Position numbers and translations under genes: made by a program. A stretch of 64,000 nt of DNA, from positions 444 through 64,443 of the forward strand of contig JANOKC010000139.1 in assembly GCA_031419035.1 (NCBI GenBank), given 5' to 3'. The notes under the pieces are model-generated. The model was not told the DNA's origin. It saw only the letters and a list, made by a program, of their open reading frames with translations, and did no database searches. The stretch is from Novosphingobium sp. Its GTDB lineage: Bacteria; Pseudomonadota; Alphaproteobacteria; Sphingomonadales; Sphingomonadaceae. Each line of letters begins with the position of its first letter. Within the stretch, counting starts at the first letter, position 1. Below, one piece after another: positions 18,838-27,978 of the stretch.

Positions 18838-20039
18838 TGGATCGCCGCCGCTTGTTCGAGACTTTCAAACATCGCCTGCCGCAGCAGATAAGCCCGGCGG
18901 CGCTGATCATCCTGCTTGATCGCCAGCATTTCCTTGCGGCGGCGCTCGTGCCCCTGATCGGTCCCGCCTTGGATAAACTCCATATTCTGCATTGTCTGCG
19001 CCTGGGTGAAAGCATGAGTCACTGTTCGGCGCTGGCGGTCGAACAGCGCAAGATTGCCATTTGGCTTGCCCTTCTCGATTGCCGGCAGCAGTTTTTCGAA
19101 CAGGTTAAAGGCATCATGGACACCCGAATTCATTCCAAACCCGCCCAATGGATTGTTGAGATGGCAAGCATCGCCGATCAGCATCACCCGGCCTTCAAGG
19201 AATGATTTGGCCACCCGCTGATGTACCCGGTAGACGGTGCGATGATAGGTCGCAACTGCCGCCCCATTGCCGGTCAAGCGATCAAACACAGCATTCTTGT
19301 TTGCATCCGAGCGCAGTTCGTCGTCATTTGCATCAGGTGCGGCAGGCAACAATACGCGCCAAAGTTTGGGCACACGCAGCAGCACTAACCACTCGTCAGG
19401 ATCAGACACGTAATTGACATGCGCCAGGTTCGGCAGATGCGCTTCGAGTTCGGTATCGGTCGAGAGGCAGAGGAATTTCTCAGGATAGGTAAACCCATCA
19501 AACTCAATCCCAAGCCACTTGCGCACCAGGCTGTTCGCGCCATCGGCACCGATTAACCAGTCGGCCCGAAAATGGCTGATCCCATACGGGCTTTCCGCGG
19601 CAACAGAGACTCCAGTTTCATCTTGCTCGAACGAAAGCAGCCGGTGAGAAAACCGGACACTGGCGCTGCCATACTGCTCCAGCCCCGAAGCCAGCGCTCT
19701 GGACAGGTGGTACTGTTCGCATTGAATGCGGAATGGGTACCGGGTGCGATCACTGATCTCACCAAGGTCAAACTCTATGATTTCACCGTTGCTACGGTCA
19801 CGCCAGTGATAGACCGGTGCCTTCAGTCCGCGCTCCAGCAACATCGGCGTGATCCCGATCTCGTCGAGCATTTCCAGCGTCGGAGGATGAAAGGTGGAAG
19901 CACGCATATCTTGCGCGCAGTCTTCCCCTGATTCCAGCACGATCACATCGACCCCAGCCCTGGCGAGCAGTGTCGCCATTACCGTGCCAACCGGTCCCGC
20001 ACCGGCGATCAATACCTGGCACCGCTCTGCGATGGCCAT
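18834..20039 (-). CDS. FAD-dependent monooxygenase (MhpA/PheA-like aromatic hydroxylase family)
   Basis: GAGPVG, IGADGANS, GDACH.NNP.GGFGMNSG.HDAFNL. Confidence 0.92.
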   Translation of the reverse strand: MAIAERCQVLIAGAGPVGTVMATLLARAGVDVIVLESGEDCAQDMRASTFHPPTLEMLDEIGITPMLLERGLKAPVYHWRDRSNGEIIEFDLGEISDRTRYPFRIQCEQYHLSRALASGLEQYGSASVRFSHRLLSFEQDETGVSVAAESPYGISHFRADWLIGADGANSLVRKWLGIEFDGFTYPEKFLCLSTDTELEAHLPNLAHVNYVSDPDEWLVLLRVPKLWRVLLPAAPDANDDELRSDANKNAVFDRLTGNGAAVATYHRTVYRVHQRVAKSFLEGRVMLIGDACHLNNPLGGFGMNSGVHDAFNLFEKLLPAIEKGKPNGNLALFDRQRRTVTHAFTQAQTMQNMEFIQGGTDQGHERRRKEMLAIKQDDQRRRAYLLRQAMFESLEQAAAIQ

Positions 20040-20106
20040 TGGTGTTCTTCTCCTGCCTCTTATCAATTTGCGCTGCTTATGGTCCGGCCAGTCGCTATCG
20101 CACGAT

Positions 20107-20131
20107 GCTAGCCGGATTCTATCCGACTAGC
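20107..20131. promoter_or_regulatory. Imperfect inverted repeat GCTAGCCGGAT-TCT-ATCCGACTAGC, candidate operator
   Basis: 11-bp arms with 1 mismatch in the divergent promoter region 20040-20209. Confidence 0.4.
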
Positions 20132-20209
20132 GAAGACCGGGCGTAGGTGGCATGGTCAAAACTCTGGTGTGCGCAAAGGCGGGCGTGCAAATGCGGAGAG
20201 GTTTTGCGG

Positions 20210-21121
20210 ATGAAATATGATTATGTGCCGATCACCCAGCGCAACCCGCTGAAGTGGCCGGGTGGCGCAAGGGTCGCGTTGATCCTGACATTCAACCTGG
20301 AAACCTGGGATCTGACCAAGGATACCGATCGCGCCTATTATGCCGGCGGCCCGCCGATCCTGCCCGATGTATTGCCCGGCAATGTCCCGGATTTCCCCAA
20401 CTACAGCTGGCGCGAATATGGCCAGCGGGTGGGGATCTGGCGGCTGTATGAACTGTTTGACGAGCTGGGCGCGAAGGCCAGCTGCACCACCAATGCCGTC
20501 ACTTTTGATCGGCGCAAGGCGATGGTCGACGCCTGCCTTGAACGCGGCTGGGAACTGCTCGCACACAATTGGGAACAAGGCGAACTGCTGACCGACTTTG
20601 CCAAACAGCCCGACAAGGAGCGCGACATCATTTTGCGTTCGCTTGATCAATATGAGAAATTTGTCGGGCGCAAGGCCAAGGGCTGGCTCTCATCCTCGCT
20701 GCGCGGCACCTTGCAAACGGCGGACATCCTCGCCGAATATGGCTGCACATTCTATTGCGACATCATGAATGACGATCAGCCCTATTTGCTGCGCACCCCG
20801 CACGGCCCGATTGTCTCGACACCCTATTCGAACGAGATCAATGATTTCACGTTCATAACCCGCAAGAACTTCACCACCGACCAGTTCCGCGATGCACTGA
20901 TCGAAGAGCTGGACGTGTTGTATGCGGAAGGCGCGCGCAGTGGCCGGATCATGAACGTCGGGATCCATCCGCATGTCTCGGGCCGCGCGCACCGGATCAG
21001 GGCATTGCGCGAATTCATCCAGCATGCCCAATCGCTGCCGGGGGTGTGGTGGGCGACGCGAGAAGAGATGGCGGATTGGTATCTGGCCAATCACGAAGGC
21101 CACTTCGCCGGCCAACTATGA
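20210..21121 (+). CDS. Polysaccharide deacetylase family, PuuE/allantoinase-like hydrolase (paralog 1)
   Basis: WPGGARVAL..NLE, EYGQRVGIWR, NDDQPY, PYSNEIND, HPHVSG. Confidence 0.9.
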   Translation: MKYDYVPITQRNPLKWPGGARVALILTFNLETWDLTKDTDRAYYAGGPPILPDVLPGNVPDFPNYSWREYGQRVGIWRLYELFDELGAKASCTTNAVTFDRRKAMVDACLERGWELLAHNWEQGELLTDFAKQPDKERDIILRSLDQYEKFVGRKAKGWLSSSLRGTLQTADILAEYGCTFYCDIMNDDQPYLLRTPHGPIVSTPYSNEINDFTFITRKNFTTDQFRDALIEELDVLYAEGARSGRIMNVGIHPHVSGRAHRIRALREFIQHAQSLPGVWWATREEMADWYLANHEGHFAGQL

Positions 21122-21984
21122 GCCGCTACGCCGCCCTTGCCGCCGTTGTTCCGGGCTACAAATTCGGCAGCGTGCTGTCGCTGCCCGGCGTGTGGGACGG
21201 GCTATCGATCCGGCTGGTCGAACAGGCGGGCTTCCCAGCTGCCTTTCTATCGGGCGGCGCGCTTTCCATGGCAAGGCACGGACGGCGCGATATGGGCCTC
21301 GTCACCATGACCGAGGTGGTGCAGGCAACACAAGTGATCCGCGAAATATCGGATTTTCCGCTATTCGTTGATGCCGATACCGGCTTTGGCAATGCCGACA
21401 ATGCAGCGCGGTCAATCCGTGCGCTGGAGGCTGCCGGGGCGAGCGCCATTCAACTGGAAGATCAGCTGTTTCCCAAGCGCTGCGGCTTTCTGGCCGGCAA
21501 AGCGGTAATTCCGGCACAGGACTATGCCGACAAGCTGAAGGCGGTGCTCGATGCGCGGCGCAGCGAGCGGACCTTGGTGATCGCCCGTACTGACGCGCGC
21601 AGCATAGAAGGCTTTGACGCCGCGCTAGCCCGCGCTCAGCTTTACGCAGAGACCGGGGCCGATCTTGTGTTCATTGAAGGGCCGGAAACCCGGGCGGAAA
21701 TGGAGATTATCGCGAAACAGCTCGGCGCGGAATTCCCGCTGGTTCACAATCTGGTTGAAGGCGGCGTATCGCCTGTTCAATCGGCGGCAGAGCTTGCACA
21801 GCTTGGCTATTCCATCGCATTGCATCCTCTGCTGATGCTGCACGGCTTTATCCGTCAGGCGCCCGCCAATTTGCAAGTCCTGGCAAAAACCGGGTCGACC
21901 GAATCGCTCAAGGGCGAGATAGCCGATCTTCACGAATTCAACGCACTGCTGGCGCAAGACGCACCGGCAAGGAGCAAGGCATGA
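21118..21984 (+). CDS. Isocitrate lyase/PEP mutase family C-C lyase (2,3-dimethylmalate lyase/PrpB-like)
   Basis: DADTGFG, EDQLFPKRCG catalytic loop, IARTDA. Confidence 0.9.
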   Translation: MSRYAALAAVVPGYKFGSVLSLPGVWDGLSIRLVEQAGFPAAFLSGGALSMARHGRRDMGLVTMTEVVQATQVIREISDFPLFVDADTGFGNADNAARSIRALEAAGASAIQLEDQLFPKRCGFLAGKAVIPAQDYADKLKAVLDARRSERTLVIARTDARSIEGFDAALARAQLYAETGADLVFIEGPETRAEMEIIAKQLGAEFPLVHNLVEGGVSPVQSAAELAQLGYSIALHPLLMLHGFIRQAPANLQVLAKTGSTESLKGEIADLHEFNALLAQDAPARSKA

Positions 21985-23411
21985 CCATCCCCGTATCCAA
22001 CCCGCGCACTGGCGAAGTCGATTACTCGATCGAGGCCGCTTCGGCTGCGGAGATTGCAGCCACCGCCGGGCGATTGCGCACTGCCCAACCGGCCTGGCTC
22101 GCCCTGGGCGCGCAGGGGCGGGCGGCGGTGCTGCTTAAGTGGGCGGATGCCTTGCAGGCCAATATGGGCGGTATCGTGGCCCAGCTCAGCACCGACACTG
22201 GCCGCATCGCCATAGCCAATATCGAAGTGTTCAGCGTTATCGGCACGTTGCAACGCTGGGCCGCGCTGGGGCCAGCCATGATCGCCAAGCTTGATCTGCA
22301 AGGGGTGCCCAGTGCAACCCCCAGTGTCACCATCAGCAATCGTCACATTCCCTACCAGCTGTTTGGCGCGATTGCCCCGTGGAACTTCCCGCTGCTGCTG
22401 GCGCTGATTGACGCGATTCCGGCGCTGATGGCAGGCTGCGCGGCCCTGATCAAACCATCGGAAGTAACCCCGCGGTTCATCCCAGAATTGCGTAAAACTA
22501 TCGCCGCAGTGCCCGAACTCGCCAGCATTCTGGCGGTGGTAGAAGGCGATGCAGAAACTGGCCGGGCAATCGTTTCAAATGTTGACTATATTTGCTTCAC
22601 AGGTTCGGTGGCAACCGGACGCAAGGTAGCAGAAGCTGCCGGAGCCGCGTTCATCCCGGCCAATCTGGAACTGGGCGGCAAGGATCCGATGATCGTACTG
22701 GCCTCGGCCGATCCAGCCGTTGCCGCCAGCATCGCCCTGCGATCCAGCGTGGCCGCCAATGGTCAGGCCTGCCAATCGATCGAGCGGCTCTATGTTGATC
22801 GCAGCATCGCCGATGATTTCATTGCCGCATTAATTGAACAGGCCAAATCGGTGGAACTCAACTATCCCGACATTGCCAAAGGCCACATCGGCCCGTTCAT
22901 CTTTCCGCCCCAGGCCCAGAAAGTTCAGTCCCAGATCGATGCAGCGATCGCCAGCGGGGCCAGATTGTTGGCCGGCGGCACGGTTGAAACATTGGGCGGC
23001 GGAAAATATCTGCGCCCGACGGTGCTGGTTGATGTCACCCCGGATATGGCGATCATCGCGGAGGAAACCTTCGGGCCAGTGATCCCGGTGACCATCTATG
23101 ACACGATCGACGAAGCAATTCGCCTCGCCAACGATAGCATCTATGGCTTATCTGCCGCTGTGATCGGCGATCCCGATGAGGCTGAGAAAGTCGCCAACCA
23201 ACTGGATGCGGGCGCAATCTCGATCAATGATGGCTCGCTCACCGCCGGGGTATGGGACGCGACCAACTGCGCATTCAAGCTCTCGGGCATGGGGCCTTCG
23301 CGGATGGGCAATGAGGGGCTGCTGCGCTTTTTCCGGACCAAGGCGATTCTGCGCCAGGATGGTCCCGCAGCGCCGATTGCGGCCTATGCGGAAGGCGCTG
23401 CTTTCGCCTGA
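21981..23411 (+). CDS. Aldehyde dehydrogenase
   Basis: PWNFP, KPSE, FTGS..TG, ELGGKDP, GQAC, EETFGPV. Confidence 0.95.
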   Translation: MTIPVSNPRTGEVDYSIEAASAAEIAATAGRLRTAQPAWLALGAQGRAAVLLKWADALQANMGGIVAQLSTDTGRIAIANIEVFSVIGTLQRWAALGPAMIAKLDLQGVPSATPSVTISNRHIPYQLFGAIAPWNFPLLLALIDAIPALMAGCAALIKPSEVTPRFIPELRKTIAAVPELASILAVVEGDAETGRAIVSNVDYICFTGSVATGRKVAEAAGAAFIPANLELGGKDPMIVLASADPAVAASIALRSSVAANGQACQSIERLYVDRSIADDFIAALIEQAKSVELNYPDIAKGHIGPFIFPPQAQKVQSQIDAAIASGARLLAGGTVETLGGGKYLRPTVLVDVTPDMAIIAEETFGPVIPVTIYDTIDEAIRLANDSIYGLSAAVIGDPDEAEKVANQLDAGAISINDGSLTAGVWDATNCAFKLSGMGPSRMGNEGLLRFFRTKAILRQDGPAAPIAAYAEGAAFA

Positions 23412-23447
23412 CGTGCTGCGCCGGACAGGCGAAATTTGACGTTTGCA

Positions 23448-23463
23448 ATTTGTCCGGACAAAT
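23448..23463. promoter_or_regulatory. Operator palindrome ATTTGTCCGGACAAAT
   Basis: Perfect 16-bp palindrome upstream of 23515, between TTGAC/TTGCAA and TATCAT promoter-like hexamers. Confidence 0.75.
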
Positions 23464-23514
23464 CTATCATCGCGTAGTGATCGGAACGATTCCGGCTGAA
23501 GCGAGGAGCAGGCG

Positions 23515-24432
23515 ATGAAGGCACGAAACTGGCTGGCAACAGCAGGAATGGCGCTAGGCGCGGCAATCATGGCAAATGCCCCGGTAGAAGCCCGGCAACT
23601 CGATCCGGCCAAGCCGGAAGATGCCCTTGAGATTTCCAAGCGCGTCCAATGCGGCGAGGCTGATGGCAAGCAAGCGGTCTACCATTGGTCGGGCAATGCC
23701 TATTCGCGGATGGATGGCGAAGCTGATCGGCTGCTGTTCAAGATTGAGGGCATGAACGTGCGCCAGTGCGTTACTGTTGATGATCCGCAGCGCGGCAAGG
23801 GCTGGCGATTGGTTAGCCGCGAGATCCTGCTCTATCTCGATCCCAAGACCGGCGAAGTGGTGCGCAACTGGTCCAATCCCTGGACAGGGGAAAGCGTCGC
23901 TGTGGTCCATGTCGCCAATGATCCGGTCAACCAGCGACCATCGTTTGCGATGAGTGCGGACGGCAAGCCCTATTCGATACCTTCACTCCGCCGCGAGGGC
24001 CGCTGGTTCTTCATGCCGTCAGAGATTCCGCTGTTCTATACCAACCCGCTGCAAGGTGAGTATCAGGACTATGTTGGCGGCAAATACCACGCGATGGAAA
24101 TTTTCGATTTCGCCTTCGATGCCAAGGAAATGCTCGATACCAAAAACCCGACATCCTATCCGATTATCAGCTGGGTGCGGATGGCCGACTGGCTGCCGTG
24201 GATGAAAATGCGCGGGCGGCAGGGGCTGGTGGTGATCAACGCGATGGGCAACAAGCTGAAGACTTACGACGAACTGCCCGCCGTGCTCAAGACCGAGATC
24301 GCGGCCAATTATCCAGCCTATACCACCCCGCCCCCAGGCGATGATCCAAGGCCCAATGAAACCTCGTGGACCGTGTTCAAGAAGTTCATCGACAGTCAGA
24401 AGGCTGCGGCACCCAAGCCCGCCGGACATTGA
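23515..24432 (+). CDS. DUF1838-like exported protein (paralog 2)
   Basis: Signal peptide. HVANDPVN, PLFY.NPL.G.YQDYVGG.YHAME, WLPWMKM and RPNETSW.VFKK motifs. Confidence 0.82.
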   Translation: MKARNWLATAGMALGAAIMANAPVEARQLDPAKPEDALEISKRVQCGEADGKQAVYHWSGNAYSRMDGEADRLLFKIEGMNVRQCVTVDDPQRGKGWRLVSREILLYLDPKTGEVVRNWSNPWTGESVAVVHVANDPVNQRPSFAMSADGKPYSIPSLRREGRWFFMPSEIPLFYTNPLQGEYQDYVGGKYHAMEIFDFAFDAKEMLDTKNPTSYPIISWVRMADWLPWMKMRGRQGLVVINAMGNKLKTYDELPAVLKTEIAANYPAYTTPPPGDDPRPNETSWTVFKKFIDSQKAAAPKPAGH

Positions 24433-24471
24433 TCGGGCCGAACCTGTCACGAGCGAAGAAGCGATCAAAAC

Positions 24472-24509
24472 AATAAGGGACGGGAAGCCAATGCTTCCCG
24501 TCCCTTATT
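24472..24509. terminator. Bidirectional rho-independent terminator
   Basis: Perfect 17-bp stem AATAAGGGACGGGAAGC-CAAT-GCTTCCCGTCCCTTATT between convergent genes, with A/T-rich flanks. Confidence 0.85.
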
Positions 24510-24531
24510 TGTGCGAAGCTTGCTTGCTGAA

Positions 24532-27003
24532 TCAGAAGCCAGCGGAAATGACAACTCCGAACCGGCGGGCCGGACGCAGCCCGGCGATGAAATTGCGGCG
24601 CAGATCATTGTTGGCATCGGCGTAGCGGATGATCTGTGCAATCGAATCCTCGTTGAACAGGTTCTTGGCATAGAACTGGACCTTGAACATATCGTTCTGG
24701 AAGCCAAGCCGGGCATCGACGACTGCTGAACCGCCGGTTTTGGCGAGGTTTAGCACCTGGTCAAAGCTCGATGAGATCATCGAGACATTGGCGCCAAGGA
24801 ACATGCTCCAGCCGCCGCTACCAATTGGCCTGCGATAATCAGCATCGACAAACACGGTGTGCTGCGGGGCGCGCGGAATGCTTTTGCCGATGATCGAGCC
24901 GAAGAGAGACTGGCACCCGGTGGTTGACGGGAACTGATCGCCGAGCGAGCAATTGACCAGCCCATCATCATTCACATCGTTGATAAGACCAAGGTTCTCA
25001 TCACTACCCGCGGTGAATTTGGTGTTGGTATAGGCGTAGTTGGCGGTCAGAATGAAATTGCGGTCCGGACGGATCGCAAGTTCAAGCTCGGCGCCATTGA
25101 TCCGGGCATCGCCGCCATTGCGGGTGAGCGCCACCTGATTGGGCGGAACCGAGACGTTCTGGGTGATTTGATAACCGCGAACGGTGGTGTGGTAGAGCGA
25201 GAGGTTGGCAGTGAGCATGCCGTCCATGAACTGGTTCTTGCTGCCCAGTTCGATGGTCTTGTTATCTTCAGGATCAAAGGTCGGGAAGCCGGCGACGATC
25301 GCAGTATTGCTGTTGAATCCACCCGGCTTTTGTCCTTCGGCGTAAACGCCGTAGAGCAGATGATCGCGGCTGGCCTGCCAGCTGAGAGTAAAGCGCGGGG
25401 TAAACTCCTTGAACGTAGATTCCACAATCCGCGCCGCAGGGACGACCGCGCCCTCGTTGTAGGTCTGCGTCGCCTGACGAATTTTTTCGCTGGCGTAACG
25501 TCCTTCAGCGCTGATCGAAAGTGTGTCGGTAACATCAAAAGTTGCTGATCCGAACACGGCCTTGTTAGTAATATCGAAGAAGTTGGTGTTACGCGAATTG
25601 GGCAGATTGGCAGCAGTCACTGTAACCTGGGTGAAGATCCCGCATGCTGGCAGCGCCGCACAAAGCCCGGTCGTGGCCGCATTGGCATTGGCTTGAGCCT
25701 GGGCCAGCGCACCCGTAGGCACTACCCGCGTGTCATTGGTGTGATCCGACTGGTCGAAGTAGTATCCGCCCAACAGCAGATGAATCCGCTCGCCCTCAAA
25801 CGCAAGCCGGACTTCCTGCGACCAATCCTCAGTCTCTGAATGATTGGAGAAAGTGAAATCCTGCACCGAAGTGGCAAATGCCGTATACCGCAGCGTACGC
25901 GGCGGGATAACCGGGCCGGGCGCAGGACCAGTTGCACCATAAGCAAAAATCGCCAGCTGGAAGCTGTTTGCTGAATAATCGCCATCGGTCTGATTATTCG
26001 CAGTCCGCTTGTTATAGCCGGTCAGCGACGTAAACGTCAGCTGCTCGGTCAAATCATAGTCCATCCGGAACGCGCCATTAAAGGTCTTGGCCTCAAGCCC
26101 GACATCTTCTGCGGTAACGAACTGGCGGCTGTAATCCGATGAAGCCTGCTGCGGCTGTATGGTGCCGCAGAAATACCGTCCCTTGCCGCGATAAAGCGCG
26201 CCATTATCAGGGAAGCAATTGTTGGCATTGGGGCTTTGCGCGAAGATCGCGGGCTGGCCATCGTCAGTGACGTTGTAGTTGCCGCGCAGGCTCGCGCGGA
26301 AGGGGCCGCCGTTGTCAAACCGGATCATGCCATAGCCCGACCAGGTGGACTGCTTGCCCAGCCGCGATCCGTCATAGGCGTTGATGAACTCACCCTTGTT
26401 GTCATAATAGCGGCCGCCCAGTGCCAGACCCAGCCCTTCGGCCAGTGGCCCGCGAATACTGGCGGTCAGCTCGTAACGATCATGCTCGGATACATCGGCC
26501 TGAACCCGTCCCTGCCATTCCTTGCTGGGCATTTTGGAAATCAGATTGATCGCGCCCGAATAGGTGTTGCGGCCATAGAGCGCCGATTGCGGCCCCTTGA
26601 CCACTTCGACCCGCTGGATCGTATCAACATCATAATCGGCGAGCGAACCGGAATAATAGATCCCGTCAATGAAATAGGCGACGCCCGACGAGCCGAGGAT
26701 ATTGGCCTGGCCGCGGATCACCGGGCGGTTGGCATCGCGGCCAAACGTATCATCAAACACCAGCCCCGGCGTGGTCTTGGCAATATCGGTCAGATTATCC
26801 AGCCCAAGCCGTTCGATCGTGTCAGCAGTGGCGACAGAAACTGTTGTCGGCGCATCCTGAAGGCGTTCCTCGACCTTGCGGGCAGTGACCACAATATCTG
26901 CAGAATTCCCGTCATCATCGCTGGCGGGTGCCGCTTGCGCAAAGGCAATGCCAGGAGTGAACACTGTTGCCGCAAGCAACAAACACCGCATCGAACGAAC
27001 CAT
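24532..27003 (-). CDS. TonB-dependent receptor 1
   Basis: Signal peptide, TonB box DIVVTARK, RVEVVKGPQSALYGRN plug motif, C-terminal Phe. Confidence 0.95.
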   Translation of the reverse strand: MVRSMRCLLLAATVFTPGIAFAQAAPASDDDGNSADIVVTARKVEERLQDAPTTVSVATADTIERLGLDNLTDIAKTTPGLVFDDTFGRDANRPVIRGQANILGSSGVAYFIDGIYYSGSLADYDVDTIQRVEVVKGPQSALYGRNTYSGAINLISKMPSKEWQGRVQADVSEHDRYELTASIRGPLAEGLGLALGGRYYDNKGEFINAYDGSRLGKQSTWSGYGMIRFDNGGPFRASLRGNYNVTDDGQPAIFAQSPNANNCFPDNGALYRGKGRYFCGTIQPQQASSDYSRQFVTAEDVGLEAKTFNGAFRMDYDLTEQLTFTSLTGYNKRTANNQTDGDYSANSFQLAIFAYGATGPAPGPVIPPRTLRYTAFATSVQDFTFSNHSETEDWSQEVRLAFEGERIHLLLGGYYFDQSDHTNDTRVVPTGALAQAQANANAATTGLCAALPACGIFTQVTVTAANLPNSRNTNFFDITNKAVFGSATFDVTDTLSISAEGRYASEKIRQATQTYNEGAVVPAARIVESTFKEFTPRFTLSWQASRDHLLYGVYAEGQKPGGFNSNTAIVAGFPTFDPEDNKTIELGSKNQFMDGMLTANLSLYHTTVRGYQITQNVSVPPNQVALTRNGGDARINGAELELAIRPDRNFILTANYAYTNTKFTAGSDENLGLINDVNDDGLVNCSLGDQFPSTTGCQSLFGSIIGKSIPRAPQHTVFVDADYRRPIGSGGWSMFLGANVSMISSSFDQVLNLAKTGGSAVVDARLGFQNDMFKVQFYAKNLFNEDSIAQIIRYADANNDLRRNFIAGLRPARRFGVVISAGF

Positions 27004-27070
27004 CTGCACATCTCCCCAAAGGCAGTCGAGGCTTTGCCTCATATTGTCGGCTTATCCCGCTGCGCCTGAT

Positions 27071-27117
27071 AGTTGTCCAGACAACTTTGCCACGATCGCG
27101 AAGTTGTCCGCACAACT
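27071..27117. promoter_or_regulatory. Two operator copies AGTTGTCCAGACAACT (27071-27086) and AGTTGTCCGCACAACT (27102-27117)
   Basis: One-mismatch variants of the TTGTCCGGACAA palindrome, 31 bp apart, upstream of TonB receptor 1. Confidence 0.72.
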
Positions 27118-27123
27118 GTTGCC

Positions 27124-27807
27124 TCAAGGCAACGGCTTCACGACCCCAAGGTATGACGTGGCGATCAGCAACAGATAGGTTAGCGAGACCCAGATCCGGG
27201 TCCGGTCCATCGTCCGGCGCAGCGGCACCTCAGTCTCGGCGCTTGATCCTTCTGCCAACAGCCTGCCCAGTTGCGCGCCCACTGGCTTGAAACTGATGTC
27301 GATCATGATTGCTGCGCCAAAGATCAGGCCAAACAGCAACGCCTTCCAGGCCAGCCACGGAGCCGCAATCGGATGGCCGGTCAGCAACGAATCGGCGCCA
27401 AGCAACAGATAGGCGGCGCACAAGGCATAGCGGATCCAGCCTTCGATCCAGCGGTTGCGGGCCGCGCGCGGGGTCATGTCATGAGCATGCGAATCATACA
27501 CCAGCCAAAGCCAGACAAAGGCAATGCCCCAGCCAGCCCAGACCAGCGCTTGCGGCAGTTCCCACCAGCCGCCCATATACGACAGGGACAACGAAATCGG
27601 GACCATCAGCGCCCAGGCCGTGCGGGGCGTAAGATCGATTATCACCAGCAGTTTAAGCAGGGCAATCCGTTGATCCAGCGTATAGATCGTATGTTTGCGG
27701 AAGTGCTGGCCCAGCATGAAAACCCCAACATCCGCGCCCAGCCACATTACGAACAGCAACAGGTGCACATAGACCAGGGTTGGATAGGCGATGTCAGCGT
27801 AACTCAT
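27124..27807 (-). CDS. Integral membrane protein of unknown function (paralog of 48550)
   Basis: About 5 TM helices. H.....WLG...GVF and R.......ID..PRT pattern shared with 48550. Confidence 0.8.
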   Translation of the reverse strand: MSYADIAYPTLVYVHLLLFVMWLGADVGVFMLGQHFRKHTIYTLDQRIALLKLLVIIDLTPRTAWALMVPISLSLSYMGGWWELPQALVWAGWGIAFVWLWLVYDSHAHDMTPRAARNRWIEGWIRYALCAAYLLLGADSLLTGHPIAAPWLAWKALLFGLIFGAAIMIDISFKPVGAQLGRLLAEGSSAETEVPLRRTMDRTRIWVSLTYLLLIATSYLGVVKPLP

Positions 27808-27836
27808 GAAGGAAGCTCCCCGGGCCGCAGCGGCAA

Positions 27837-27889
27837 TGTCCGGACAAACCACATTTCGCTGCTTGACAAAAGCCCCATTGTCCGGACAA
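27837..27889. promoter_or_regulatory. Two operator copies (TGTCCGGACA 27837-27846, TTGTCCGGACAA 27878-27889) flanking a TTGACA -35 box (27863-27868)
   Basis: Read directly in the divergent promoter between the membrane protein gene and TonB receptor 2. Confidence 0.75.
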
Positions 27890-27978
27890 CTTGGTGATAG
27901 CAGGAATATAACCGCAATTTTGTGCACTGGAAGCCAATTCCAGACGCAAGGCCAAACCGATTTCAGGAAGGATTTGTG